Below are positions 29,675-39,515 of a DNA stretch of 64,000 bases, in pieces. The notes under the pieces were generated by a model. It did no database searches, was not told the origin of the DNA, and worked only from the letters and a program-made list of their open reading frames with translations. Position numbers and translations under genes: made by a program. Origin of the DNA: Patescibacteria group bacterium (lineage in GTDB: Bacteria; Patescibacteriota; Minisyncoccia; Phycocordibacterales; DATDWN01); NCBI GenBank assembly GCA_013816135.1, contig JACDEV010000001.1:28994-92993 (forward strand), in the 5' to 3' direction. Numbering within the stretch: position 1 is the first letter of the stretch; each line of letters opens with the position of its first letter.

Positions 29675-30286
29675 TTAGAGACTATCTTCAGGTCCAATGA
29701 TAGGAAGGCGATGACTCATCCGAAGCCATCGGGCAAACGTGATCCATGAACCATCGATTGAAACGTAGCTTTCCCTTTTAATTGAGAATCGGGCCAGGCT
29801 GTACCCACTTTCATCCTTAATCCCCAGTCCTTCGAATACTCCCCGAGCAATCTCGATTGCTGTATCACAGAATTGTTCTCTATGAGCAAGAACAAAGAAC
29901 AATTTGAAGGTTGTGTCCGTCCATCTTTTTGTAGCTGGGAATTCGATGTGGACTCCAAACTCATTTGGCTTTTTTGAATTTCCAGAAGGATTGTTTAATC
30001 TTGCTTCAAGAAATTTCACAATTGCTTCTGAATTTGGAGGAATGTTCGGCCCACGTTGCCGTCGAATATCGAGAACTATTTCACCCTTGCGCTGGTCATG
30101 CTCTCCGTCTCTTGGTTGAGAGATAGCTTCCATTCTAAACAAGCCATGAACTTTTTCTTGAGCCTGGTAATCAATGACTTTTGAGTCAACCAAACCAAGA
30201 TCCAAATTCCCATCCATAGACAAGCTAGTTGGAAGACCCATGCCGTAGCAATCCCAAGTTAAAGTAACTTTGTCCCAAATCTTCAT
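29675..30286 (-). CDS. Orphan hypothetical protein
   Basis: Start set at MKIWDK behind SD AAGGAG and TATAAT; terminator aaggcaccc/gggtgcctt at 29643-29668. Confidence 0.7.
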   Translation of the reverse strand: MKIWDKVTLTWDCYGMGLPTSLSMDGNLDLGLVDSKVIDYQAQEKVHGLFRMEAISQPRDGEHDQRKGEIVLDIRRQRGPNIPPNSEAIVKFLEARLNNPSGNSKKPNEFGVHIEFPATKRWTDTTFKLFFVLAHREQFCDTAIEIARGVFEGLGIKDESGYSLARFSIKRESYVSIDGSWITFARWLRMSHRLPIIGPEDSL

Positions 30287-30379
30287 CTGACTCTCCTTGT
30301 CGCTCATTATACCCACATGGGCGTCCAGTATTAGACTGGATCATTTAGGAGCGATCTAAGGTCAATATTATTTAAAATA

Positions 30380-31306
30380 GGTAAAAAAGGAAGACCTAGA
30401 GCTCAAAAACACATATTTCCTTTTACTGGAATAATGACTTGTGGTGAGTGTGGAGCAAGAGTTACAGCTTCAGAAAAAAAGAAGTTGAATAAAACCAGTG
30501 GGAAAATAGAAACTTACGTTTACTATCATTGTACAAAAAGAAAGAAGTATATAGATTGCAAAGCACAACCAGTTACTGTATCTAAGCTTGAAGATGACAT
30601 TGTAAAAACAATAGAAACAAATCTGATTGATCCAGAGTTTTATAAACTAGGTTTAGAGACTTGGAAAGAAGTGCACGAACTGGAAACAGACCAAAGACAG
30701 AAAATATACGAGGCACAATTCAAAAATGTAGAAGAAACAGAAAAGAAATTGGATCGAGCACTTACATTTCTTTTTGATGGAACAGTTACAAAAGAACAAT
30801 ACAACATCCAAAAACAAGAATTAGAAAAATTACTAACAAGAGAAAAAGACAAACTCGCACAAACAGAAAAAAGAGCTACGAACTGGAGAGAACTTACTGA
30901 AAATGTTTTACACTTCTCTGCTTTAGCTGTAGAAGCGCTTAAACATGGAGATGTTCAGGTCCGGAGAGAGACACTGAGTAGTCTAGGTTGGAACCACAGG
31001 ATAGAATCTAAAAAACTGTTTATAAACCTACATTCTTGGTTTACTGTTCTTAAAAAAGGTGAGGAAGAGCTTTTACCAGAAATAAAAGCGTTGGAACTGG
31101 AAAAAATCGTTGATAAGCAAAGACGGATGGAAGCTTTTGCCACCATCCGTCCTAGGTTGTGCGTCGGGAAGGATTCGAACCTTCGAAGCCCGAAGGCGCC
31201 AGATTTACAGTCTAGTGCGATTGACCACTCCGCCACCGACGCATTCTCGATACTCATTATTCCCTCATCTGCTTTGTTGCTGATTGTGCCCGCTTCCGCA
31301 GAGTAG
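30380..31306 (+). pseudogene. 5'-truncated large serine recombinase (zinc ribbon and coiled coil only), reading into the antisense strand of tRNA-Tyr
   Basis: FTGIMTCGECG...YVYYHC...C zinc ribbon and coiled coil; in-frame TAG at 30332 leaves no room for the catalytic domain. Confidence 0.75.
31160..31242 (-). tRNA. tRNA-Tyr(GTA)
   Basis: gcgtcgg/ccgacgc acceptor, ctGTAaa loop, long variable arm, GGTTCGAATCC. Confidence 0.95.
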
Positions 31307-31370
31307 TTTTCTACACTTTGGTCGCGGTACTCATCAGCGCCTCGCATCTGTGGGAATTCTGTGCTCGAGA
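31246..31370. ncRNA. Candidate ~125-nt rod-like structured element
   Basis: Nested pairings tctcga/tcgaga, attccc/gggaat, gctgat/atcagc, gtag/ctac. Confidence 0.4.
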
Positions 31371-31402
31371 AATACTTTAACACATTTTATTTAATTGAGA
31401 AA

Positions 31403-34075
31403 CTATACTAAAGTTTTTTCGTGAACAAAGCTGTCTGAGACGAAGGAGCCATTCCTCCCTTTTTTAACAGTAAAATCAAATTCTCCATTTTTTATATCAA
31501 CAGTTATTGAACCCCCTTTAGACAAACCTTTACTTACCATAAGCGAAGCAATAGAAGTTAGTATTTTAGTTTGGATTAAACGCTTTAGAGGCCTCGCTCC
31601 GTACTGAGGGCTATAACCTTCCTTACTTAAATGTTCAAAGACTGCATCAGACAAAATTAATTTGATTTCTTTTTGAGCCAAGCGATCTTTCACGATACCT
31701 ACCTGTATCTTTACAATTTCCTTGATTGCTTCCCTGCTCAAAATATCGAAGACAATTATGTCATCTAAACGATTTAGAAATTCTGGCCTAAAATGATCTC
31801 GTAAAGCATCGAGAACTTTGGACTTAGCATCCTCATATCCGGCTTTTTCATTCCCAGAAGCAAAACCTATTTTTTCCATTTTATCTATATAGCGAGCACC
31901 GATGTTTGAAGTAAGGATGATGACAGTATTTCTGAAATTTACCAACCTGCCTTTTGCATCAGTTAATCTTCCATTATCCAGAACCTGAAGAAGAATGTTG
32001 AAAACTTCTGGGTGTGCTTTTTCAATTTCATCAAACAATATAACTGAATATGGTCGATGTCTGACCATCTCAGTAATAGTTCCACCTTCTTCGTGTCCAA
32101 CATAACCTGGAGGAGCACCAATTATCTTTGATACGCTGTGCTTTTCCATAAATTCAGACATATCTATCCTAATGAGAGATTTATCATCATCAAATAAGAA
32201 TTCTGCCAAAGCTTTGGTCAGTTCTGTTTTACCGACACCTGTTGGTCCAAGAAATAGAAATGAACCGATCGGACGGTTAGGGTCAGCAATACCAGCTCGT
32301 GAACGTTTGATAGTATCTGAAATCTTTTTCACAGCATCTACCTGGCCTACTATTCTTTTTCGGAGAACTTCTTCCATTCTGTTTAACTTTTCTGCTTCTT
32401 CTTCTAGCATTCTGGAAACAGGAACCCCTGTCCATTTGGATACGACTGTAGCGATATCGTTTTCAGTTATTTCTTCATTTAATATCCTTCGTGAACTCTG
32501 AAGTTTTTTTAATCTTTTTGCTTTGTTATCTAAATCTTTTTCGTAAGCAGGAATTTTGCCATATCGAATCTCTGCTGCTTTTGCTAATTCAGCCTTCGCT
32601 TCTGCTGTCTCTGCTTCCCGTCTCAACTCTTCTAACCTCTTTTTAATACCCTTAATATCGTTTACTGTTTCTTTTTCATTATTCCACTTAATCTCAATTT
32701 CTGAGGTTTGTTCTTTAAGATCTGCAATATTCTTGTCAATTTCCTTCAATCTGGTTTTAGATTTAGGATCTGTTTCCTTTTTAAATGCTTCATGCTCTAT
32801 TTGGAGCTTTACAATCTTTGAATGAGCACTCTGAAGAACTGGAGGTTTATTTTCTAGAGCAATCTTCAAAAACGAAGCTGACTCATCTATCAGGTCTACT
32901 GCCTTATCAGGTAAAAATCTATCAGTGATATAACGACTAGAAAGATTGACTGCAGAAATAATTGCCTCATCAGTTATTCTGACACCATGATATAACTCAT
33001 ATTTTTCTTTCAAACCACGTAAAATAGTAACTGCATCATCTACGCTTGGCTCATTTACATAAACTGGCTGAAATCTTCTTGAAAGTGCTGGATCTTTTTC
33101 GATATGCTTTTGATACTCTTTCAAAGTAGTAGCACCAATTGCCCTAAGTTCACCTCTAGCTAAAGCTGGTTTAAGCATATTGGAAGCATCAAGTGATCCT
33201 TCTGCTGAGCCTGCTCCGACAATAGTATGTATCTCATCGACGAACAAAATAACTTTGCCGTCTGATCTTTCAATTTCCTTTAAGATATTTTTTAGTCTCT
33301 CTTCGAATTCTCCTCGGTACTTTGTTCCCGCAACCAAAAGTCCTAGATCAAGGGATACTAGTTCTTTATCTTTTAATGATTCAGGCACATCTCCCATCGA
33401 CATTCGAATAGCTAAACCTTCAACGATTGCGGTTTTTCCCACGCCAGCTTCCCCAATAAGCATCGGATTATTTTTTGTCCGCCTTGAAAGAATCTGAATT
33501 ATTCTAGAAATTTCATCATCGCGACCAATAACGGGGTCAAGTTTATTTTGCTGAGCGAGCTTTGTGAGGCTTCTAGTAAATTTTCCTAAAGCTTTGAATT
33601 TCTTCGGTGCATCAGGCTCAACTGTTTTTGTACTTCTAATATCCTCGATGACTCGCAGTACTGCATCTTTATCTATTTTAAATTTTGAAAGTAGGTCTTT
33701 GGCAGGACTTGGGATTTCCATAAGAGCCATGAACAAATGTTCAGTAGATACGAACTCATCATTTAAATGTGAAAGTTCTTTACCTGAAGCTTCAATTGTC
33801 TGAGCTAATTCAGGAGTGAGATAGATTTGATAAGATGCAGATAAAGTTTGTCCAGCTTCAGTGCCTTCAATAGCTTCCAAAAGTGAATCTGTCAGTAATA
33901 TAGTATCAACTTCCAATCTGTCTAAAATTGATGTGACGATGCTTTCTTCCTGCAAAATAAGAGCTGTGAGTAAATGAAGTGGGTTTACATGATTCTGTCC
34001 GCGTTCAATAGCGAGCTCATGAGCTCGGCGGATGGCTTCTTTTGCTTTTGTTGTAAAGTGACTGAATGGAGGCAT
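31403..34075 (-). CDS. clpB: ATP-dependent chaperone ClpB
   Basis: Clp N-domain, two AAA modules ([16 protein letters not shown]), long middle coiled coil, GARPLKR. Confidence 0.95.
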   Translation of the reverse strand: MPPFSHFTTKAKEAIRRAHELAIERGQNHVNPLHLLTALILQEESIVTSILDRLEVDTILLTDSLLEAIEGTEAGQTLSASYQIYLTPELAQTIEASGKELSHLNDEFVSTEHLFMALMEIPSPAKDLLSKFKIDKDAVLRVIEDIRSTKTVEPDAPKKFKALGKFTRSLTKLAQQNKLDPVIGRDDEISRIIQILSRRTKNNPMLIGEAGVGKTAIVEGLAIRMSMGDVPESLKDKELVSLDLGLLVAGTKYRGEFEERLKNILKEIERSDGKVILFVDEIHTIVGAGSAEGSLDASNMLKPALARGELRAIGATTLKEYQKHIEKDPALSRRFQPVYVNEPSVDDAVTILRGLKEKYELYHGVRITDEAIISAVNLSSRYITDRFLPDKAVDLIDESASFLKIALENKPPVLQSAHSKIVKLQIEHEAFKKETDPKSKTRLKEIDKNIADLKEQTSEIEIKWNNEKETVNDIKGIKKRLEELRREAETAEAKAELAKAAEIRYGKIPAYEKDLDNKAKRLKKLQSSRRILNEEITENDIATVVSKWTGVPVSRMLEEEAEKLNRMEEVLRKRIVGQVDAVKKISDTIKRSRAGIADPNRPIGSFLFLGPTGVGKTELTKALAEFLFDDDKSLIRIDMSEFMEKHSVSKIIGAPPGYVGHEEGGTITEMVRHRPYSVILFDEIEKAHPEVFNILLQVLDNGRLTDAKGRLVNFRNTVIILTSNIGARYIDKMEKIGFASGNEKAGYEDAKSKVLDALRDHFRPEFLNRLDDIIVFDILSREAIKEIVKIQVGIVKDRLAQKEIKLILSDAVFEHLSKEGYSPQYGARPLKRLIQTKILTSIASLMVSKGLSKGGSITVDIKNGEFDFTVKKGRNGSFVSDSFVHEKTLV

Positions 34076-34214
34076 GTTTTGTATTTATACAATGTAATTT
34101 ATAATTTTATTACGATTTCATCACGAATATAGACAATCCGGAAGAACAATATGCTTAATATATGTGAATTTTACTCTATATTTCACAAAAGTCAACATGA
34201 ATTTTAATATTAAT

Positions 34215-35054
34215 TTAATTCAAGAGAATGCTAATCTCTTTTTTCAAAATAGCTGAGAAAGTAAAGGCTTTTAGACCTTCTCCTGTGGTTTTAATACCTA
34301 CAACATTTCCCGATAAGTCGAATAATGGACTGCCATGAATAAGATCCTTGCTTGGAAGATCTGTATCAATTGATGACAAATATTCTACAGTTGTACTACC
34401 AATTCCAGATTCTTTCATATCTAAAGAAACTATTCTACCTACAGAAACTGAATTTGTGACTAAACCTCCTAGACCAATAATAGTTTGACCTAATTTTGGT
34501 GGAATCTCAGTAATCACCGCTGGAACAAAAACGTAAGGCCCTTTAGGAGATTTTTCTTGACCAGCTCTAAACAAAATAAAAGTAGTTGATTTATTTTCAC
34601 CTACTGGTGTAAGTGGTAATTCAGTTCCATCATTTGTAATTCCAATATATCCGTTTCCCGTAGTGTCGCCATTCCTATCTGCTGCAATTATTCCTTCTTT
34701 AGTTACCACCAACCCAATTCCATATGTCCTAGTTGTGAAATTTCCACCATCTTTTTCTTTTATTCTTACTATGCTGTTAATATTTTTCTTTATGGAATCT
34801 AAAATAAGATCCTCCTCCTTCAACACTACTGTTGTTGTGACTTTGTTATTACTTGTAGTCACAGTAGTAGTAGGTGTAGCAGGAGTAACTGTCTCGATAG
34901 TCTTTTCTACAATCCTATTAATATTTCTTGTCACTTCAAGTGGAGCTTCCTGTAAAAGAGAAACTGTAATGATTCCTGTAGCAATTGAAGTAACAAAGCT
35001 AATAAGCAAAACTAGAAGGACTAGTTGATTTTTATTTAAGTCTTCCATAGGCAC
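34215..35054 (-). CDS. Membrane-anchored trypsin-like (HtrA-related) protein with a degenerate active site
   Basis: TM, SIVRI, GIGLVV, GSPLFDLSGNVVGI; canonical TNxH and GNSGG motifs absent. Confidence 0.7.
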   Translation of the reverse strand: MPMEDLNKNQLVLLVLLISFVTSIATGIITVSLLQEAPLEVTRNINRIVEKTIETVTPATPTTTVTTSNNKVTTTVVLKEEDLILDSIKKNINSIVRIKEKDGGNFTTRTYGIGLVVTKEGIIAADRNGDTTGNGYIGITNDGTELPLTPVGENKSTTFILFRAGQEKSPKGPYVFVPAVITEIPPKLGQTIIGLGGLVTNSVSVGRIVSLDMKESGIGSTTVEYLSSIDTDLPSKDLIHGSPLFDLSGNVVGIKTTGEGLKAFTFSAILKKEISILLN

Positions 35055-35067
35055 ATATTAACATAAT

Positions 35068-36264
35068 TTATTTTATTATTTTTGAGAGTGCTTCAACTAA
35101 TGCGTCAACATCAGATTTATTGGAATACTTTCCGAATGTAAATCTCAGGCTAGAGTTGGCACAATTAGGTTTACCTAAAGCATTAACAACATACGAGGAT
35201 GAATCTTCTTTCAAAGTCCGACATGAGGATGAATAAGAAGCAGAAATTCCGCAAACATCCAGAGAAATAACAGCAAACTCAGAATCAATACTAGGAAAAC
35301 ATATATTTATATTGTTCGGTAATCTAAATTCTCTGGAACCATTAATTTTAGCTTTTGGAAATTTTTTTAATAATACATCTATTCCGTAATCTCGTATTGA
35401 AGTTAGTCTTTGGCTTTCTCCTAATCTATCATTATTTGCCAAACTTAATGCTTCTGCTAAACCAACGATAGCTTGTAGATTTTCCGTTCCGCTTCTAATT
35501 CCCTTCTCTTGTCCTCCTCCAAACAAAATAGGAAATATATTTGTTTCTGTTTTTGCATATAACAATCCAGAGCTTCGCGGACCATACATCTTTATTCCAT
35601 CCAACGTTAAAAGATCAACACGAAGTTTCAAGACATCGATATCCAAGTAAACTGCAGCCTGACAGGCATCTGTATGAAAGTATGGTAATTCTGTATTTTT
35701 GTTTCGTTTGTATTCTTTAATTAATTTTCCAATTTGGTTTATTGGTTGGATAGTTCCAATCTCATTATTAGCATACATTACACTAACCAGAACCGTGTTA
35801 TCTTTTATCGCTTTTATAATATCTTTCTCAGAAACAATTCCTTCTTCGGAAACTGGCACATAGGTTACTTCTCCTCCACGTCTCTCTATCTCTTTGCATA
35901 TCTCCAGAATAGCGGGATGCTCAATTACGGTTGTTACTATATGAGGAATAAAATCATCTCTCTTGCAAGCTTCGAAGACTCCAAGTAAAGCGAGGTTGTT
36001 ACCTTCAGTCCCTCCACTTGTAAAAATAATTTCGCTTTTTTGGCAATTCAAAATATTAGCAATCTTTTCTCTTGCCTCTTTGATTTTTTCTTTCACAACC
36101 AATGCTTCACTATAAAGCGCTGATGGATTTGCAAAATTTCCACCACTTGTGGATTCCTTCATAACTTTAAGTACCTGCTCATCTATCGGAGTAGTGGAAG
36201 CATAATCCAAAAAAATTCGTTTGTTTGGAGTTTTGTTTATTTTAAATGGGTTCGGAAAATTCAT
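35068..36264 (-). CDS. iscS: Cysteine desulfurase (IscS/NifS type)
   Basis: FLDYASTTP, FTSGGTE, EHPA, HTDACQA, RSGTEN, SSSC. Confidence 0.93.
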   Translation of the reverse strand: MNFPNPFKINKTPNKRIFLDYASTTPIDEQVLKVMKESTSGGNFANPSALYSEALVVKEKIKEAREKIANILNCQKSEIIFTSGGTEGNNLALLGVFEACKRDDFIPHIVTTVIEHPAILEICKEIERRGGEVTYVPVSEEGIVSEKDIIKAIKDNTVLVSVMYANNEIGTIQPINQIGKLIKEYKRNKNTELPYFHTDACQAAVYLDIDVLKLRVDLLTLDGIKMYGPRSSGLLYAKTETNIFPILFGGGQEKGIRSGTENLQAIVGLAEALSLANNDRLGESQRLTSIRDYGIDVLLKKFPKAKINGSREFRLPNNINICFPSIDSEFAVISLDVCGISASYSSSCRTLKEDSSSYVVNALGKPNCANSSLRFTFGKYSNKSDVDALVEALSKIIK

Positions 36265-36320
36265 ATCTGTATCATACTAATTATTTTGCAAAAAACAATA
36301 AAATATGCCATAATATCGAA

Positions 36321-36788
36321 ATGATTTTTGATCCTATCTATATTTCATATGCACTTATTGGTGTTATGTTGATATTGGTAGGATGGATAATTAGGCTTGA
36401 AATAAAAATTTCTCATCTTTTAATTGGTAAGGATTCAAAGTCCTTAGAAGACTCAATTGTCTCTGCAGGGGAAAATCTAAAGAAATTAAACGATTTCCAA
36501 AGAGAAGCCATCATGCATTTCATGAACGTCGAAAAACGACTGAATCGCAGTATCCAAGCAGTTGAAACTATCCGCTTTAACCCTTTCAAAGGAACGGGTG
36601 AAGGCGGAAGCCAAAGCTTCTCAACTTCTTTTCTTTCAGAGGATGGTAATGGAGTTGTTATATCCAGTATTTATTCCAGAGAACGTGTAAGCGTCTTTTC
36701 AAAACCATTAAATAAATTTGAAAGTAAATTTGAACTGACTGAAGAAGAAAAAGAAGTTATTGTAAACTCAAAAAAAACTCTAGACTAA
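36321..36788 (+). CDS. DUF4446 family protein
   Basis: N-terminal TM; RFNPF..G.GG.QSFS, GVVISS, K..L..EE. Confidence 0.85.
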   Translation: MIFDPIYISYALIGVMLILVGWIIRLEIKISHLLIGKDSKSLEDSIVSAGENLKKLNDFQREAIMHFMNVEKRLNRSIQAVETIRFNPFKGTGEGGSQSFSTSFLSEDGNGVVISSIYSRERVSVFSKPLNKFESKFELTEEEKEVIVNSKKTLD

Positions 36789-36815
36789 ACGTCATGGACT
36801 TAAAAATTCACAATC

Positions 36816-38321
36816 ATGGAAACAACAAATACCAACATGAAAGAAAGATCTCCTATTGTGGCCATAATGGGACATATAGACCATGGAAAATCTACTCTAC
36901 TTTCTTATATAAGACACAGCACTGAACCTCTTAATGAAGCAGGAGGTATCACTCAACATATTTCAGCATATGAAGTTGAACATTTTGCTACTGATGGTAA
37001 AAAACATACGTTAACTTTCATAGATACTCCGGGACACGAAGCTTTTAGTGGAATAAGAAAACGAGGAGCAAAAGTGGCGGATGTAGCTATTTTGGTAGTT
37101 TCTGCAGAAGATGGAGTTAAACCACAAACTATTGAAGCACTCCATTCTATTACTGAAAGCAAGACTCCTTATATTGTCGCTATAAATAAGATAGATAAGC
37201 CTGGTATAGATATTGAAAGAACAAAGCAAAGCTTAGCTGAAAATCAGATATATGTGGAAGGTTATGGAGGCGATGTACCATTAGTTCTGATATCTGCAAA
37301 AACAGGTCAAGGAATTCCAGAACTTTTCGATATGATTATATTAGTCTCACAACTGGAATCACTTCAAGGAGACTCTAGTATTTCTGCAAACGGAATAGTT
37401 ATAGAGAGTAATCGAGATGTAAAAAAAGGAATATCTGCAACATGCATAATCAAAAATGGAACTCTCACCAAAAGCATGTATATTACTTCAGGTTTATCAT
37501 CTGCCCCAATAAGAATAATGGAAAATTATTTAGGTAAACAAATTGAAAATGCTACATTTTCTAGCCCTATAAAAATAATTGGTTGGGATAGTCTGCCAGA
37601 AGTTGGAAATGAGTTTAAATCTTTTAAATCCAGAGATGAAGCTAGAGAACAAATTGAAAAAGAAAAAGAGCTGAGAAGTTCAAATAAAGGAGAGAAGGAA
37701 TCCATTGTAGACACGACCAACTCAATACCTGTCATTCTTAAAGCAGATACAGGAAGTAGTTTGGAAGCGATGATCTCAGAAATAAAGAAATTGACCACAG
37801 AAAGGATAAGTGCAAAGGTTATTTCGTCAGGTATAGGAACTATTTCTGAAAATGATGTCAGACTGGCCGATGGTAATGAAAAAGCAATAATAATTGGATT
37901 CAATGTGAAAGTTGACTCTCCTGCAAAAAACTTAGCAGACAGAAACGAGATTGAAATTCAGAAATTCGACATAATTTACAAAATGAATGAGTGGTTGAAG
38001 GAAGTGCTAGCAACACGTACACCAAAAATGAAAGTTGAAGAATCAACAGGCTTAGCTAAAATATTGAAGCTATTTAGTAAAGTAAAAGATAAGCAGATAA
38101 TAGGTGGTCGAGTAGAAAAAGGTAGTATCGTAGTAGGATCCTTGGTAAAGATATCCAGACGTGATGTAGAGATTGGAGAAGGCAGGATTCGAGAACTCCA
38201 ACAGCAGAAATCTGCTTGTACTGAAGTTAAAGAAGGTAAAGAATTTGGAGGACTTATAGTTGCAAATATTGAAATTGCTGCGGGTGATAAAATCGAGAGC
38301 TTTATAACTATCGAAAAATAA
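36816..38321 (+). CDS. infB: Translation initiation factor IF-2 (short N-terminus)
   Basis: MGHIDHGKST, GGITQHI, DTPGHEAF, NKID, SAKTG. Confidence 0.97.
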   Translation: METTNTNMKERSPIVAIMGHIDHGKSTLLSYIRHSTEPLNEAGGITQHISAYEVEHFATDGKKHTLTFIDTPGHEAFSGIRKRGAKVADVAILVVSAEDGVKPQTIEALHSITESKTPYIVAINKIDKPGIDIERTKQSLAENQIYVEGYGGDVPLVLISAKTGQGIPELFDMIILVSQLESLQGDSSISANGIVIESNRDVKKGISATCIIKNGTLTKSMYITSGLSSAPIRIMENYLGKQIENATFSSPIKIIGWDSLPEVGNEFKSFKSRDEAREQIEKEKELRSSNKGEKESIVDTTNSIPVILKADTGSSLEAMISEIKKLTTERISAKVISSGIGTISENDVRLADGNEKAIIIGFNVKVDSPAKNLADRNEIEIQKFDIIYKMNEWLKEVLATRTPKMKVEESTGLAKILKLFSKVKDKQIIGGRVEKGSIVVGSLVKISRRDVEIGEGRIRELQQQKSACTEVKEGKEFGGLIVANIEIAAGDKIESFITIEK

Positions 38322-38322
38322 T

Positions 38323-38646
38323 ATGAGCAATCGTAATGAAAAAATAGAAGAAATACTTCACGATTTAGGAGCTCGTTTCTTACTCTTAAATGGAAACACC
38401 TCATCACTTTTGACTGTTACGCGAGTAGAGTTAACAAGGGATGGAAAACGTGCTACTATTTTCTTTACGGTATTTCCCGAGACTTTTGAGAAAACCGCTC
38501 TAGAATTTGCTAAACGCAAAAGGAGCGAATTCAAGGAATTTGTTAAGGATAATTCAAAATTAGGCAGAATACCTCAGCTTGATTTTGAAATAGATACTGG
38601 AGAAAAGAATCGTCAGAAAATTGACTCTCTTCTAAACGAAAGCTAA
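38323..38646 (+). CDS. rbfA: Ribosome-binding factor A
   Basis: Directly after infB; TVTRVEL, RIPQLDFEID. Confidence 0.9.
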   Translation: MSNRNEKIEEILHDLGARFLLLNGNTSSLLTVTRVELTRDGKRATIFFTVFPETFEKTALEFAKRKRSEFKEFVKDNSKLGRIPQLDFEIDTGEKNRQKIDSLLNES

Positions 38647-38653
38647 TATTCAG

Positions 38654-38728
38654 GGCCTGGTCGCCAAGTGGTAAGGCAAAGATCTGCAAAATCTTTATAC
38701 GGCGGTTCGATTCCGCCTCAGGCCTCCA
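38654..38728 (+). tRNA. tRNA-Cys(GCA)
   Basis: ggcctgg/tcaggcc, aagat-ctGCAaa-atctt, encoded CCA. Confidence 0.95.
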
Positions 38729-38745
38729 GGAAAAAAGTGTACTTT

Positions 38746-38827
38746 GCCCGGGTGGCGGAATTGGTATACGCGTTCGACTTAAAATCGAATCTCGAAAGAG
38801 GTATGGGTTCGACTCCCATCCTGGGCA
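38746..38827 (+). tRNA. tRNA-Leu(TAA)
   Basis: gcccggg/cctgggc, ttcga-ctTAAaa-tcgaa, long variable arm. Confidence 0.95.
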
Positions 38828-38881
38828 CAGAAAAACTGTTTTAAATAGTTTTTCGTTTGCTAGAGTTTTAGAAATATATTT

Positions 38882-38954
38882 GCACCCATAACTCAGCTGG
38901 TAGAGTAGCTCCCTCTTAAGGAGAATGTCGTTGGTTCGACTCCAACTGGGTGCA
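38882..38954 (+). tRNA. tRNA-Lys(CTT)
   Basis: gcaccca/tgggtgc, loop ctCTTaa, GGTTCGACTCC. Confidence 0.92.
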
Positions 38955-39098
38955 CAAGTCAAAAAATTCTAAACTGCTTTAGAATTTTTCGGACTTGTGC
39001 AAGCCGGAAGTATGTTTGCGAGTACGCAAACAACTGAGGCGGGGTCGAGGAAATTTCAATTCGACGGAATTGAAATTATCCTTGACCACAAGTGCACG
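38955..39098 (+). repeat. tRNA-Lys 3' trailer element (variant)
   Basis: gcacaagtc/gacttgtgc inverted repeat overlapping the tRNA 3' end; hairpin aatttcaatt-cgacgg-aattgaaatt. Confidence 0.55.
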
Positions 39099-39115
39099 CT
39101 AATGTATTTACATTT

Positions 39116-39197
39116 GGGCAAGTGGCGGAATTGGTATACGCGCTAGTCTTAGGAACTAGTTCCTCACGGATTGGGAGTTCGAGTCTCCCCTTGCCCA
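39116..39197 (+). tRNA. tRNA-Leu(TAG)
   Basis: gggcaag/cttgccc, ctagt-ctTAGga-actag, long variable arm. Confidence 0.95.
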
Positions 39198-39466
39198 CAA
39201 TTAAAAAACACCTTTACCGGTGTTTTTTAATTGTGGGCAAGAGCAAAGCGATGCTTTGCGCGGGAGACTCGAACAACGGAGCGACTCTTGTTTTAGCAAA
39301 AACAAGACGCGAGTTGGTGTCCAGACCATAATTTTCTGACGAGAAAATTATGAGTCGCGGACGAGTCTCATTCAATATCCAAACACGGGTACTGATCCTG
39401 TAAGGATCGAGTCTCCCTCTGAGTTCATGAAAAGTGAGAGTTGTGACCGAGTCTCCCTTTTCCCAC
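39198..39466 (+). repeat. tRNA-Leu(TAG) 3' trailer element
   Basis: gtgggcaag-a-[gcaaagc gat gctttgc]-gc-gggagactcgaac is antisense to the tRNA 3' end; three sense copies of cgagtctc (39362, 39408, 39448). Confidence 0.85.
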
Positions 39467-39515
39467 CTGTTGACACTCTATTTTTACAGTTGTATTATCG
39501 AGCACAGAGGTACAG

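Noticed and set aside
31300-31345. Hammerhead ribozyme (CTGATGA...GAAA on the minus strand; also CTGACGA at ~50453 and ~39336)
   Set aside because: The stem II closing pair and the stem I/III arrangement around a cleavage triplet could not be built.
26515-39331. Track ORFs overlapping tRNAs and trailers (26515, 26531, 26750, 30955, 38543, 39092)
   Set aside because: They are translations of tRNA or palindromic sequence with no protein-like features.
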